Of a DNA stretch of 64,000 bases, positions 18,379 through 26,936 are shown in pieces. The notes beneath the pieces are model-generated. The model did no database searches and was not told where the DNA came from. It worked only from the letters and a program-made list of their open reading frames with translations. Source of the stretch: an uncultured Acidobacteriota bacterium. GTDB taxonomy: Bacteria; Acidobacteriota; Vicinamibacteria; Vicinamibacterales; UBA2999. Both the position numbers and the translations under genes were made by a program. The DNA is taken from positions 4,547-68,546 of the forward strand of contig CADEDM010000004.1 of NCBI GenBank assembly GCA_902826065.1. Reading direction: 5' to 3'. The stretch's first letter is position 1, and each line of letters starts with the position of its first letter.

Positions 18379-20502
18379 ATGCGGGTTCCAGCGAGCACGC
18401 TGGCGGCCGTCGCGGGCGTCGTTCTGTTGGCGACGCCCGCCGCCGCGGCGGCTCAGGATAGCGCGCTCCGGGCGCCGGCGACAGTCGCCGGCCGCCTGCT
18501 CGACGTGCCGTTCCTGCCGCAGACGGAAGATCTCTGCGGCGGCGCGGCCGTGGCGATGGTGCTGCGCTATTGGGGCGATGGCGCCCGCCCCGACGACTTC
18601 GCCGCGCTCGTCGATCGCACGCGGGCCGGCATCGCCGCCGACGTGCTCGCGGCCGACGTCCGCCGCCGCGGCTGGACGTCGTTGCCATTCCAGGGAGCCC
18701 CGGGCCGCGCCGGCCTCGACGAGATGCGCGGGCATGTCGACGCCGGGCGGCCCGTCGTGGCGCTGATTGCGGTGGGGCCGGACCGCTACCACTACGTCGT
18801 GGTGGTAGCCGTGACGGACGACGCGCTGGTCGTGCACGACCCGGCGCAGGCGCCGTTCCGCGTGCTGCCGGCGGCGGCGTTCGACGAGGCATGGGCGGCT
18901 TCGGGACGCTGGGCGTTGATGGTCTTGCCCTCGGACCAGGGACCAGGGACCGGGGACCGGGGACGAGGGCAGCGCAGCGAACCCGACGCGGCGCCTGCGT
19001 CCGAAGCGCCGGCGGCAGCAGCCGCACTCGAGCGGCCCGCGTCGACCGACGCCTGCACGCCGTGGGTGGACGATCTCGTCGCGCAGGCCAACGGCGGCGA
19101 CCTGTCCGGCGCCGGCCGCGGGCTCGAGGCGGCCGCTACGGTCTGCCCGCAATCGGCCGGCGTCTGGCGCGAACTCGCCGGCGTGCGCTTCCTGCAACAG
19201 CGATGGACCGATGCGGCGGCGCTGGCCCGTCGCGCCACGGCTCTCGACACCGCCGACGACGATGGCTGGGAACTGCTGGCCACGAGCCTGTTCCTCGACG
19301 GCCGGCGCGACGAGGCGCTCGAGGCCTGGAACCATCTCGATCGTCCGCAGGTCGATGTCGTGCGCGTTTCCGGCGCGAAACGCACGCGGCAGCCGGTGAT
19401 CGCGGGACTCGTCGGCCTCGAGCCGCGCTCGACGGTGACGCCCACGGCCCTGGCCCGCGCCGCCCGCCGACTCGACGCCCTGCCCAGCGCGCTCACGACG
19501 TCGCTGCGCTATCAGCCGATCGAGGGCGGGCTGGCGACGATCGAGGCGGCGGTCGTGGAGCGGTCGGTCGTGCCGCGCGGCCTCGTGCCGGTCGCGGCGC
19601 TGGCGGCACAGGCGGCGATCCAGCGCGAGGCGCGCCTGTCGGTCGCCTCGCCCGCCGGCCAGGGCGAACGTTGGTCGGCCGCGTGGCGCTGGTGGGAACA
19701 GCGGCCGCGGGTCGCGTTCGCGCTGGCATTGCCGATGGTGGCGGGCTGGCCCGGAATCACCACGGTTGACGGCCTGTGGGAACGCGCCACCTACGCGACG
19801 CCACGGGGACGCGCGTCAACCACCCAACTCGAACGCCATCGTGCCGGCCTGCAGGTGAGCGACTGGGCCAGCGGCCGGCTGCGCTGGTCGGCCGGCGTGG
19901 CGCTCGATCGCTGGGACACGCAGCGCTACGGCAACGCGGAGGCGGGTGTCGATCTGCGGCTCGCGGCCGATCGCATCGCGGTCGCCGGCACGATCGGCGG
20001 CTGGGCCGCGTCGGGGCCAGGTTCGGGATTCGGGCGGCTGTCGCTGGAGGTCGCCGCGCGCAGCCGCGCCAGCGTCGATACGGCGGCGTGGCACGTGCTG
20101 GCCGGCGCCACCGGCGTGTCGCCGGCCGCGCCGTTCGACCTCTGGCCGGGCGCCGGTCTGGGCCTGGCGCGCGCGCCGCTGCTGCGTGCGCATCCGCTGC
20201 TCGACGACGGTGTCGTCACCGGCCAGGTGTTCGGGCAGCGGTTGCTGCACGGCACGGTCGAGTACCGGCGGCCGCTGCGGTCGACGGCCGCCGGCCAGAT
20301 CGCGATGGCGGCGTTCTCCGACACCGCGCGCGCGTGGCGCACCGTGGCGGGTGAGGCCGCGTGGCACAGCGACGCCGGCATCGGGCTGCGGGTCTCGCTG
20401 CCGGCCGATGCCGGCACGCTGCGGCTCGACCTGGCTCGCGGACTGCGCGATGGACGGCACGTGCTCTCGGCAGGATGGAACACGTCGTGGCCGGATCGCT
20501 GA
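18379..20502 (+). CDS. C39-like cysteine peptidase - TPR - POTRA - Omp85-type beta-barrel fusion protein
   Basis: ORF 18379..20502. Signal peptide; Cys block FLPQTEDLCGGAAVAMVLRYWG and His block HYVVVVAVTDDALVVHDP; TPR-like helices; POTRA-like VDVVRVSGAKRTRQPVIAGLVGLEP...IEAAVVER. The terminal barrel strands (GTVEYRRPL, AAFSDTARAW, GIGLRVSLPADAGTLRLDLARGL...LSAGW) look like Omp85/surface-antigen barrels. Confidence 0.7.
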   Translation: MRVPASTLAAVAGVVLLATPAAAAAQDSALRAPATVAGRLLDVPFLPQTEDLCGGAAVAMVLRYWGDGARPDDFAALVDRTRAGIAADVLAADVRRRGWTSLPFQGAPGRAGLDEMRGHVDAGRPVVALIAVGPDRYHYVVVVAVTDDALVVHDPAQAPFRVLPAAAFDEAWAASGRWALMVLPSDQGPGTGDRGRGQRSEPDAAPASEAPAAAAALERPASTDACTPWVDDLVAQANGGDLSGAGRGLEAAATVCPQSAGVWRELAGVRFLQQRWTDAAALARRATALDTADDDGWELLATSLFLDGRRDEALEAWNHLDRPQVDVVRVSGAKRTRQPVIAGLVGLEPRSTVTPTALARAARRLDALPSALTTSLRYQPIEGGLATIEAAVVERSVVPRGLVPVAALAAQAAIQREARLSVASPAGQGERWSAAWRWWEQRPRVAFALALPMVAGWPGITTVDGLWERATYATPRGRASTTQLERHRAGLQVSDWASGRLRWSAGVALDRWDTQRYGNAEAGVDLRLAADRIAVAGTIGGWAASGPGSGFGRLSLEVAARSRASVDTAAWHVLAGATGVSPAAPFDLWPGAGLGLARAPLLRAHPLLDDGVVTGQVFGQRLLHGTVEYRRPLRSTAAGQIAMAAFSDTARAWRTVAGEAAWHSDAGIGLRVSLPADAGTLRLDLARGLRDGRHVLSAGWNTSWPDR
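18934..18969 (+). repeat. imperfect 7-8 nt tandem repeat (GACCAGG/GACCGGGG x5) in a linker-coding region
   Basis: gaccagg gaccagg gaccgggg gaccgggg gacgaggg. It encodes the DQGPGTGDRGRGQ linker between the peptidase and TPR parts. Confidence 0.6.
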
Positions 20503-20565
20503 ACGCCCGCGCCTCCGGCGGCCTCGTCACGCTGGCCGGACGGACCGATCTGCGCGCGGCCGCCC

Positions 20566-22491
20566 TCAGCTGAAGGCCGGCTCGGGCGCCGGCGTCGGCG
20601 GTGGCGGCGGGACGACGGCGGCCTCGACCGCGGGCATTGCCGCCAGACGCGCCTGCAGGAAGGCGCGCGACTCCTGAAGCGTCGCGCCGACGTGCTGGGC
20701 GCCGGCGTTGGCCAGTGTCGCACCGGCCTCGTCGGCGCCGACCGTCCCCGTCCAGCGGCCCACCATGATGGTGAGGTCGGGCGCCGCTGCGCGCAGCCGC
20801 TTCACCACGTACTTCGCGCGCGACGCCGAGCTCGGCGGCAGATCGGCGAGGCAGACGATCGAGACGTCGTGGGCGCGAGCCCAGTCGGCCAGTTCGCCGG
20901 TGAACAGACGCCCCGGGCTTTCCATCGCGATCGGCAGATCGTCGACCATGCGCGCGAGCGCTTCGAGGGCGAGCTGATCGGCGGCGCCGGTGACCGCATG
21001 GCCGAGCACGCGGAGCCGCGCACCCGACCCGGGCGCGGCTGGCTGCGGCGCGTGCTGGTTGGCGGCTTCGGCACGCCGCACGTGCTCGGCGGCATCGACC
21101 AGCAGTTCGCCGGTGGCGGCGACCACCGCACGCTCGCCATCGGCGTCGAGCCGGCCCTCGAGCCGATCGGTCTCGGCCTGCGCGAGCGCCGGCAGCACCA
21201 GCGTGTCGTAGACCGATCGCGGCGACGCCGCCTCCACGTGCCGCTCGATCAGATCCAGCGCGTCGCTCGTGTCGCGCGCCAGCAGCCGTTGGTAGAAGAC
21301 CTGGGCCGGCGTCGCGGCCGACGTGTCGGCCATCAGCGTGGCGAGGAACTCGAGCCCGCGCACGTGCTTGCCGATGACCACCAGGCACACGGTGAGCGGG
21401 ATGGCGAGCAGCAGCCCCATCGCGCCCCACAGCCACGTCCAGAACGTGACGGCGACCAGCAGGCCGACCTGCGACACGCCGGCGGCGCCCGCATAGAGCA
21501 CCGTCTCGAGCACCAGGTTCGTGAAGAGCTCGAGCGCGATCATGAACCCGAGGACGTAGAGCGGCTGCTGCCACGAAGCGGACGCCGCGACGGCCACGAT
21601 CACGGGCGCCGACAGGCCGGCGAGCGGGCCGACGTAGGGCAGGTAGCGCACCGCGCCGCCGAAGACGCCCCACACCGCGGGATACGGCACGTCCAGCGCC
21701 CACAGGCCGGCGGTGGCCACCACGGCGTAGATCGTGTTCACCGCCGACTGCATCAGCAACTGCCGGGCGACGCGGCTGCCGGCCTCGTCGAGGGCGCGGG
21801 TGGTGCGGGGAATCTGCCCGCGTCCCGCCAGCGACACGATGCGATCGCGCAGGTCCCGACGCTCGAGCAGCATGAAGATGACGAGCGTCACGACGAGGCC
21901 GGCCGAGGCCCCGAGACCCAGCATCGGCCCGAGGATGCCGAAGATCGACTGCTCGGCCGCGCGTTCGGCGATGACCACCCGCGCCGGCCGGCGCGGCGCC
22001 GCCACCGCCGCCAGGTCCTGCTGGACGCGATCGATCGTCTTCTGGATCTCGTCGACGGCGCCGCCCTCGCGTGCCGTGCGCAGCTGCCCGAGTTTCGCGA
22101 CCAGCGTGTTGCGGAAGCGCGGCAAGTCGGCGGTGACGCCGTCGAGCTGACGCAGCAGCAGCCAGCCGGCGCCGCCGAGCAGCGCGACGACCACGGTCAC
22201 CGCGCCCAGCACCGCCGGCACGCGCCCGACGAACCGCTCGAGCCGCGACACGATCGGCGACAGCAGGAACGTGAGCAGTGCCGCGAACGCGATCGGCACC
22301 AGGAAGCCGCGCGCCGCGCCCAGGGCGGCGACGACGACGATGGTGCCGAGCAGCGCCAGCCAGGCGTTGGGGCGCGGACGGTGCAGGCCGTCACGCGCCG
22401 GGCCCGGCGCCGCATCGCGCCGCGCCGGCGGATCGTCGCGAAGCGCCGCTGGCGGTCTAGTGTCCATACCAGCGCCGTGGCTGCTGTCCAT
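20566..22491 (-). CDS. AI-2E family transporter (PerM-like) fused to a C-terminal B12-binding-like cytoplasmic domain
   Basis: ORF 20566..22590; start at ATG 22491 or 22467. Eight or so TM helices of AI-2E type (PIAFAALLTFLLSPIVSRLE...). The C-terminal ~230 aa resemble a helical B12-binding_2 module plus a Rossmann-like module (RLRVLGHAVTGAADQLALEAL...VSIVCLADL) and lack the DxHxxG His. Confidence 0.75.
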   Translation of the reverse strand: MDSSHGAGMDTRPPAALRDDPPARRDAAPGPARDGLHRPRPNAWLALLGTIVVVAALGAARGFLVPIAFAALLTFLLSPIVSRLERFVGRVPAVLGAVTVVVALLGGAGWLLLRQLDGVTADLPRFRNTLVAKLGQLRTAREGGAVDEIQKTIDRVQQDLAAVAAPRRPARVVIAERAAEQSIFGILGPMLGLGASAGLVVTLVIFMLLERRDLRDRIVSLAGRGQIPRTTRALDEAGSRVARQLLMQSAVNTIYAVVATAGLWALDVPYPAVWGVFGGAVRYLPYVGPLAGLSAPVIVAVAASASWQQPLYVLGFMIALELFTNLVLETVLYAGAAGVSQVGLLVAVTFWTWLWGAMGLLLAIPLTVCLVVIGKHVRGLEFLATLMADTSAATPAQVFYQRLLARDTSDALDLIERHVEAASPRSVYDTLVLPALAQAETDRLEGRLDADGERAVVAATGELLVDAAEHVRRAEAANQHAPQPAAPGSGARLRVLGHAVTGAADQLALEALARMVDDLPIAMESPGRLFTGELADWARAHDVSIVCLADLPPSSASRAKYVVKRLRAAAPDLTIMVGRWTGTVGADEAGATLANAGAQHVGATLQESRAFLQARLAAMPAVEAAVVPPPPPTPAPEPAFS

Positions 22492-22999
22492 GGGGCGGCA
22501 GCGCCTCGGCGGTCTCGATGGTGGCCGCGGGCACGCCCGTGGCGCGGGCGACGCGACGCCGGATCTCCAGCACCTCGTCGAACGCCTCACGCAGGAACCG
22601 CGTGGCGCCCACCTCCTCGAGCCGTTCGGCGCGGGCCGCCGCCAGCACCAGCACGGTGCCGATGTAGTGCAGCGCGTTCTGCAGCGCGGTCCCGACGATG
22701 TGGGCTTCGAGCAGTGGATGGCCGAGCCGATGCCGCTGCGCGTGCCAGCGAAGGTCGATGATCCCGGTCAACGTGGGCGAGGCGACCGGCACCCGGTCCA
22801 CGCCCAGCGCACCGAGGGACGCGTCGAGCCGTTCCCGTTGTCCGTTCTGTCGCACCGCTACGTCCTTGGCGAGGTCGGCTACCGCACCAGGCCGGGCCGT
22901 GCCCGCCATCATCCCGGCCGCGTCGGCGAGATCGCCGGTGGCCGTGTGCAGCTCGCCGATCTCGAACGCAAGAGTGCGATGCAAGGGGGAGTGCTCCAT
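22457..22999 (-). CDS. hypothetical helical protein (possibly distant ferritin-like/DUF892-related)
   Basis: ORF 22457..23215. Start candidates are ATG 23008 and ATG 22999; 22999 was chosen because the sigma54 motif at 23012-23027 predicts a TSS near 23001. GC3-rich frame. The 3' end overlaps the AI-2E start, which suggests an operon. Confidence 0.5.
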   Translation of the reverse strand: MEHSPLHRTLAFEIGELHTATGDLADAAGMMAGTARPGAVADLAKDVAVRQNGQRERLDASLGALGVDRVPVASPTLTGIIDLRWHAQRHRLGHPLLEAHIVGTALQNALHYIGTVLVLAAARAERLEEVGATRFLREAFDEVLEIRRRVARATGVPAATIETAEALPPHGQQPRRWYGH

Positions 23000-23011
23000 G
23001 TGTTGCATTGA

Positions 23012-23027
23012 AGCAACGCGCGTGCCC
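23012..23027 (-). promoter_or_regulatory. sigma54-type -24/-12 promoter
   Basis: The reverse complement reads GGGCACgcgcgTTGCT, a perfect GGCAC-N5-TTGC core. It lies in the 118-nt gap upstream of the 22999 gene. Confidence 0.5.
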
Positions 23028-23117
23028 GGAACACGGCGGCCGCCGACGCCGTGCTCCGCCGTTCCCATGCTCATTCTGTGGCGCCGACTGCCCAGCTGCG
23101 TCGCGTCGCCACGCGCG

Positions 23118-23792
23118 TCACCGCGGCGGCGCCGCGAGCGAGGCGACGACGCCCAGGATCTCCAACGCGTCGACCGGCTTCGGCACGTGCCTCTGGAAGC
23201 CGCTGTCGAGCGCACGCGTGCGGTCCTCGGCCCGCGCGCATGCGGTCACGGCGACCGCCGGCACGTCACCACCGCGTTCGGGCGAACGGCGTCGCACCGA
23301 CGCGATGAACTCGAAGCCGTCCATGCCGGGCATGCTGATGTCCGAGAGCAGCACGTCGGGCACGAACGTATCGAGTATCGCCAGCGCCTCGGCGGCCGAG
23401 GCGGCGGTGTGGACGTCGGCGCGGAAGCGCGTCAGGACGAACTCGAGCAGTTCCCGCGCGTCCGCTTCGTCGTCGACGACCAGCACTCGGAGGTTGGACA
23501 GATCGGGTGGTCCGGGGAGCGCCTCGTTCCTGCGTTCAGGACCGGGCTCGTCGCGATCCGTCGTCGCGGCAGGCAGCGACGGACGCACCGCGTATGGCCC
23601 GCCGCCGCTGGGGCGGTCTTTGTCCACGGCCACCGGTTCGCCGTGATTGTCCGCATCCGGCCGCAGGCTCGTGGCTCGCGTGTCGGTTGCGGCGTTCGTC
23701 CGCCGCGCGCGATTGGCGACCTGCCACGGCTCGCGCCGCGTGCGTTCGGTGCGCTGGCGGGCGAACCAGCCCCGTGCCGATGGGCCGGTCAT
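23118..23792 (-). CDS. response regulator (receiver domain) with ~95 aa disordered N-terminal region
   Basis: ORF 23118..23792. REC domain LRVLVVDDEADARELL...LLSDISMPGMDGFEF...HVPKPVD. The ATG overlaps the upstream stop (ATGA). Confidence 0.8.
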   Translation of the reverse strand: MTGPSARGWFARQRTERTRREPWQVANRARRTNAATDTRATSLRPDADNHGEPVAVDKDRPSGGGPYAVRPSLPAATTDRDEPGPERRNEALPGPPDLSNLRVLVVDDEADARELLEFVLTRFRADVHTAASAAEALAILDTFVPDVLLSDISMPGMDGFEFIASVRRRSPERGGDVPAVAVTACARAEDRTRALDSGFQRHVPKPVDALEILGVVASLAAPPR

Positions 23793-24316
23793 GACACCGC
23801 TCGCAGGCTCCGACGCGGATCGCCATCGAGCAGTCCGCTGCCCAGACGCGCGCGCAGCGCGGAAGCGCGGGCGCTATCGAGCAAGGCGGCCGCATCGCGG
23901 CCGTGCACAGGGTAGATGGCCATGCCGACCACGCCGTCCCGGTCACCCGTGGTCACGACCGCGCGCAGCCGTTCGGCCAGCCGATCGCCCTGAGCCGGAT
24001 GGTCGAGTCCCGGCGCGACGACGACGAGCGCGTCGCCGACGCGGACGTACTGATCGGCCCGACGGAGGCAGCCGGCCACGGCAGCCTCGAGGGCGTTGAC
24101 GCTCGGGCGCGCCTGGGCATCCGACCGGCTCAGGTCCACGAGGCACACGGCCGCCCGCCGCCCCGAGCGTCGCGCGTCGTCCACGGCGGCGCCGATCACC
24201 GCGTGCACGGGCGAACGATAGGGTTGCTCGACGAGCTGCGGAATGGCGTCGGCGGCCGCCGCAGGCGCCGCCGCCAGCATGACCATCTCGAGGAACGAGT
24301 CGGGGAGGAGTGGCAT
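23789..24316 (-). CDS. degenerate GGDEF-like domain protein
   Basis: Within ORF 23789..24559; start at ATG 24316 (MPLLPDSF) with AGGAAG upstream. GGDEF-fold pattern with VGDALVVV in place of GGDEF/GGEEF, followed by GMAIYPVHGRDAAALL. Confidence 0.6.
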   Translation of the reverse strand: MPLLPDSFLEMVMLAAAPAAAADAIPQLVEQPYRSPVHAVIGAAVDDARRSGRRAAVCLVDLSRSDAQARPSVNALEAAVAGCLRRADQYVRVGDALVVVAPGLDHPAQGDRLAERLRAVVTTGDRDGVVGMAIYPVHGRDAAALLDSARASALRARLGSGLLDGDPRRSLRAVS

Positions 24317-24340
24317 GGCGCGCTTCCTGACACTCACTTC

Positions 24341-24356
24341 AGCAAGGCGCGTGCCG
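24341..24356 (-). promoter_or_regulatory. sigma54-type -24/-12 promoter
   Basis: The reverse complement reads CGGCACgcgccTTGCT (perfect core). The predicted TSS near 24330 is 14 nt upstream of ATG 24316. Confidence 0.5.
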
Positions 24357-24514
24357 GTGTCATGGCAGTGACGGGGGCCCGGACTGTGGCACCGGCTACC
24401 GAGGAACGGTAGGCGCGGCTCCACCCATGCCGTCCAACTGCCGCCCGAGCCTCGATTTCCGGCGCTACGGCCGGCTCCGAAGCTGCGCGCACGCCGTCGA
24501 GCCGGGCATGGGCC

Positions 24515-26140
24515 ATGCAGTGCGGCCTCACGAGTCCAGCGGTGCTGCACCACTTCCAACCCGACGTTCCTGACCCGCCCCCCTCACGCGCGCGCCGCCG
24601 GTGGCCCACCGCGGTCGTCGCGGTGGCGCTGGTGGTGATGGCGTCGGCGACGGGCGGGGCCATCTGGTGGCTCGACGTCATCGACACCCGGCTGCGGTCC
24701 GAGCTCGAGGCGTGGCTGTCCGACCGCCTCGGCAGCGATGTAACGGTCGGCCCGATCGAGGTCGCGCTCGGCCCGGAGATCCACGTCACCGGCCAGAGCC
24801 TCACGCTGCGCATCCGGAACCGCCCCGACCTGCCGCCGTTCGTGACGATTGGCCACTGGTCGGGCGTCGCCAAGCTGGGCCGGCTCGGCATCCGGCACTT
24901 CGAGGAGATCCGTCTCGCCGACGTCCGCATCACGGTGCCGCCGCGGCGCCTCGACGACCTGCGCCCACCGCCGCCGCCCGACGCTCCGCGACGCCACCGG
25001 CGGCCGCCGGCCATGCAGATCGACCGGCTGGTGGCCGAGCACGTCGCGCTCGAGGTGACGCCACGCGACGCCACCCGCGAGCCGCACCTGTGGGACATCC
25101 AGGACCTGCGGATGGATCCGTTCAGCTTCGACCTCGCCAGTCCGTTCCAGGCCACCGTCGACACGCCGCTGCCCGACGACCGCGCCCGCGTCACCGGGAC
25201 CGCCGGTCCGTGGCCCCGCGGCGACTTCGACCAGCTCCCGCTGACCGGGGAGTACGTGCTCGACGGACGGCTCGACCGCGTGCCGGGACTGCAAGGCGCC
25301 ATCCGCGTGCGCGGCAAGGCGCTGGGCACGCTCGATCGGCTGGCGACCGTGGGCACCGCGCAGTCGCCCGGGGCAGGCCTGGTCACCGCCGCGGGCCGCA
25401 CTCTGCCGCTCTCGGCCGACTACGAAGCGCTGTTCGACGCCACCAACAGCGACGTGCACGTCACGCGTCTCGACCTCACCGCCGGACGCGCGCGCCTGGC
25501 GGCGACCGGTCACATCGTCCGGGCGCGTGGCGTGCGCGGACGGCGCATCAGCCTGCACGTCACCGCGCCAGACGCGGACGTCGCGGACCTGCTGCGCCTC
25601 GCCATCGACGGCCGCCGTCCGCCAGCGTCGGGTCGCGCGCAGCTCGACGTGGCGCTGGAGCTGCCGCCGGGCGAGGCCGCCGTGCTGTCGCGCGCCCGCA
25701 TCCTCGGCCGCTTCGATCTGCAACAGGCGCGCTTCATCAACCCGAGCGTGCAGGGCGCAATCGACGAGGTCTCACGGCGTGGCCGCGGCCAACCCGACGA
25801 CGACGCGGCCGGTGTGGCGGCGCGCCTGCGCGGCCACGTGGCGCTGGCCGGCGGACGGCTGACGCTCACGAAGGTGGACCTGGACGTGCCGGGTGCGGAG
25901 ATCGCCGGCGCCGGCACCTACTCGCTGCGCGACGAGACACTCGACTTCCACGGCATCGCGTCGCTCGAGGCACGGCTGTCGAAGACGCAGCGGGGCCTGA
26001 AGCGGTTCCTGCTGCGGCCGTTCGACGCGCTGCTGGCACGCGGTGGCGCCGGGACGCGCGTGGTGATGGACGTGCGCGGCACGCGGGCGGCTCCCGAGGT
26101 CGACGTGAACCTCGGCGCCTCGCTGCGCGGACGGCAGTGA
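24515..26140 (+). CDS. AsmA family protein
   Basis: ORF 24515..26140. N-terminal TM anchor WPTAVVAVALVVMASATGGAIWWL, a long beta-rich body, and an AsmA-like C-terminal region (...GTRVVMDVRGTRAAPEVDVN). Confidence 0.7.
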   Translation: MQCGLTSPAVLHHFQPDVPDPPPSRARRRWPTAVVAVALVVMASATGGAIWWLDVIDTRLRSELEAWLSDRLGSDVTVGPIEVALGPEIHVTGQSLTLRIRNRPDLPPFVTIGHWSGVAKLGRLGIRHFEEIRLADVRITVPPRRLDDLRPPPPPDAPRRHRRPPAMQIDRLVAEHVALEVTPRDATREPHLWDIQDLRMDPFSFDLASPFQATVDTPLPDDRARVTGTAGPWPRGDFDQLPLTGEYVLDGRLDRVPGLQGAIRVRGKALGTLDRLATVGTAQSPGAGLVTAAGRTLPLSADYEALFDATNSDVHVTRLDLTAGRARLAATGHIVRARGVRGRRISLHVTAPDADVADLLRLAIDGRRPPASGRAQLDVALELPPGEAAVLSRARILGRFDLQQARFINPSVQGAIDEVSRRGRGQPDDDAAGVAARLRGHVALAGGRLTLTKVDLDVPGAEIAGAGTYSLRDETLDFHGIASLEARLSKTQRGLKRFLLRPFDALLARGGAGTRVVMDVRGTRAAPEVDVNLGASLRGRQ

Positions 26141-26145
26141 CGACG

Positions 26146-26174
26146 CTGGCGGGCGCGCGATACGCGCCCGCCAG
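26146..26174. terminator. bidirectional GC hairpin between convergent genes
   Basis: ctggcgggcgcg-cgata-cgcgcccgccag forms a perfect 12-bp stem with a 5-nt loop. It lies between the asmA-like stop (26140) and the DUF892 stop (26187). No U-tract. Confidence 0.55.
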
Positions 26175-26186
26175 ACGATGAGGCCG

Positions 26187-26660
26187 CTAGGCCTTGTTGA
26201 TGCCGGTCACGGCCAGGTGGGTCAGCGTGTGATTCGCCTTCTTCTCCTGGTCGAGCACCTGCGTCAGCAGGTCGTGCGCGCGGGTGTGGCCCAGCGCCTT
26301 CGCCCACTCGCGCAGCGTGCCGTAGCGGGCGATCTCGTAGTGCTCGATGGCCTGGCAGCAGCCGATGACGGCGGCCTGGCGCGCGATGCCCGATGCGTCG
26401 GCCATGACGCCGTCGCACTCCTTGATCAGGCCGTCGATGGCGTCGCACTTCTCGCCCGAGGCCTCCTCGCCGATTTCCGCGAACACGTCGTCGAGCACGG
26501 CAATCTGTGCCTTGGTCTCGGTGAGGTGCTGCTTGAGCGCCGCTTTCAGATCGGCTGACGACACCTTGGCGATGACCTTCGGCAGCGCCTTCGTGAGCGC
26601 GTGTTCGGCGTAGTAGACATCCTGCAGGGTGTGATGGAAGGCGTCGGCGAGTGTCTTCAT
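26187..26660 (-). CDS. DUF892 (YciE/YciF-type ferritin-like) stress protein
   Basis: ORF 26187..26660. Pattern LQDVYYAEHALTKALPK...LKQHLTETKAQIAVLDDVF...QAIEHYEIARYGTL...LDQEKKAN. GGAG lies 9 nt upstream. Confidence 0.85.
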   Translation of the reverse strand: MKTLADAFHHTLQDVYYAEHALTKALPKVIAKVSSADLKAALKQHLTETKAQIAVLDDVFAEIGEEASGEKCDAIDGLIKECDGVMADASGIARQAAVIGCCQAIEHYEIARYGTLREWAKALGHTRAHDLLTQVLDQEKKANHTLTHLAVTGINKA

Positions 26661-26800
26661 GGCAGCGAGCTCCGTAGATGTACAGCGGCCGCGAGGCGCG
26701 GATTGATCGGTGACGAATGGGCAGCGCGCTGCCCTCTCTGGCGACCGGGCTCCCCACCTCGGCAGGGCGAGGCCACGGCACGCCGTCCATCGGCGACAAC

Positions 26801-26816
26801 TTCAATCGACGTGCCA
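26801..26816 (-). promoter_or_regulatory. weak sigma54-like motif (-12 GC replaced by GA)
   Basis: The reverse complement reads TGGCACgtcgaTTGAA. It lies about 140 nt upstream of the DUF892 start. Confidence 0.25.
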
Positions 26817-26846
26817 CGCCGATCGGTCATCGGCGAGGCGTCGGTG

Positions 26847-26862
26847 TGGAACGGCGCTTGCT
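26847..26862 (+). promoter_or_regulatory. sigma54-like -24/-12 motif
   Basis: TGGAACggcgcTTGCT has correct spacing. It lies 75 nt upstream of ATG 26937. Confidence 0.4.
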
Positions 26863-26936
26863 GAGGCCGGTGTGACACGCGGGACGGCAGGCGCGCGCGA
26901 AACCACGCGCGGCGACCGTCCCGACTGGAGGATGCG

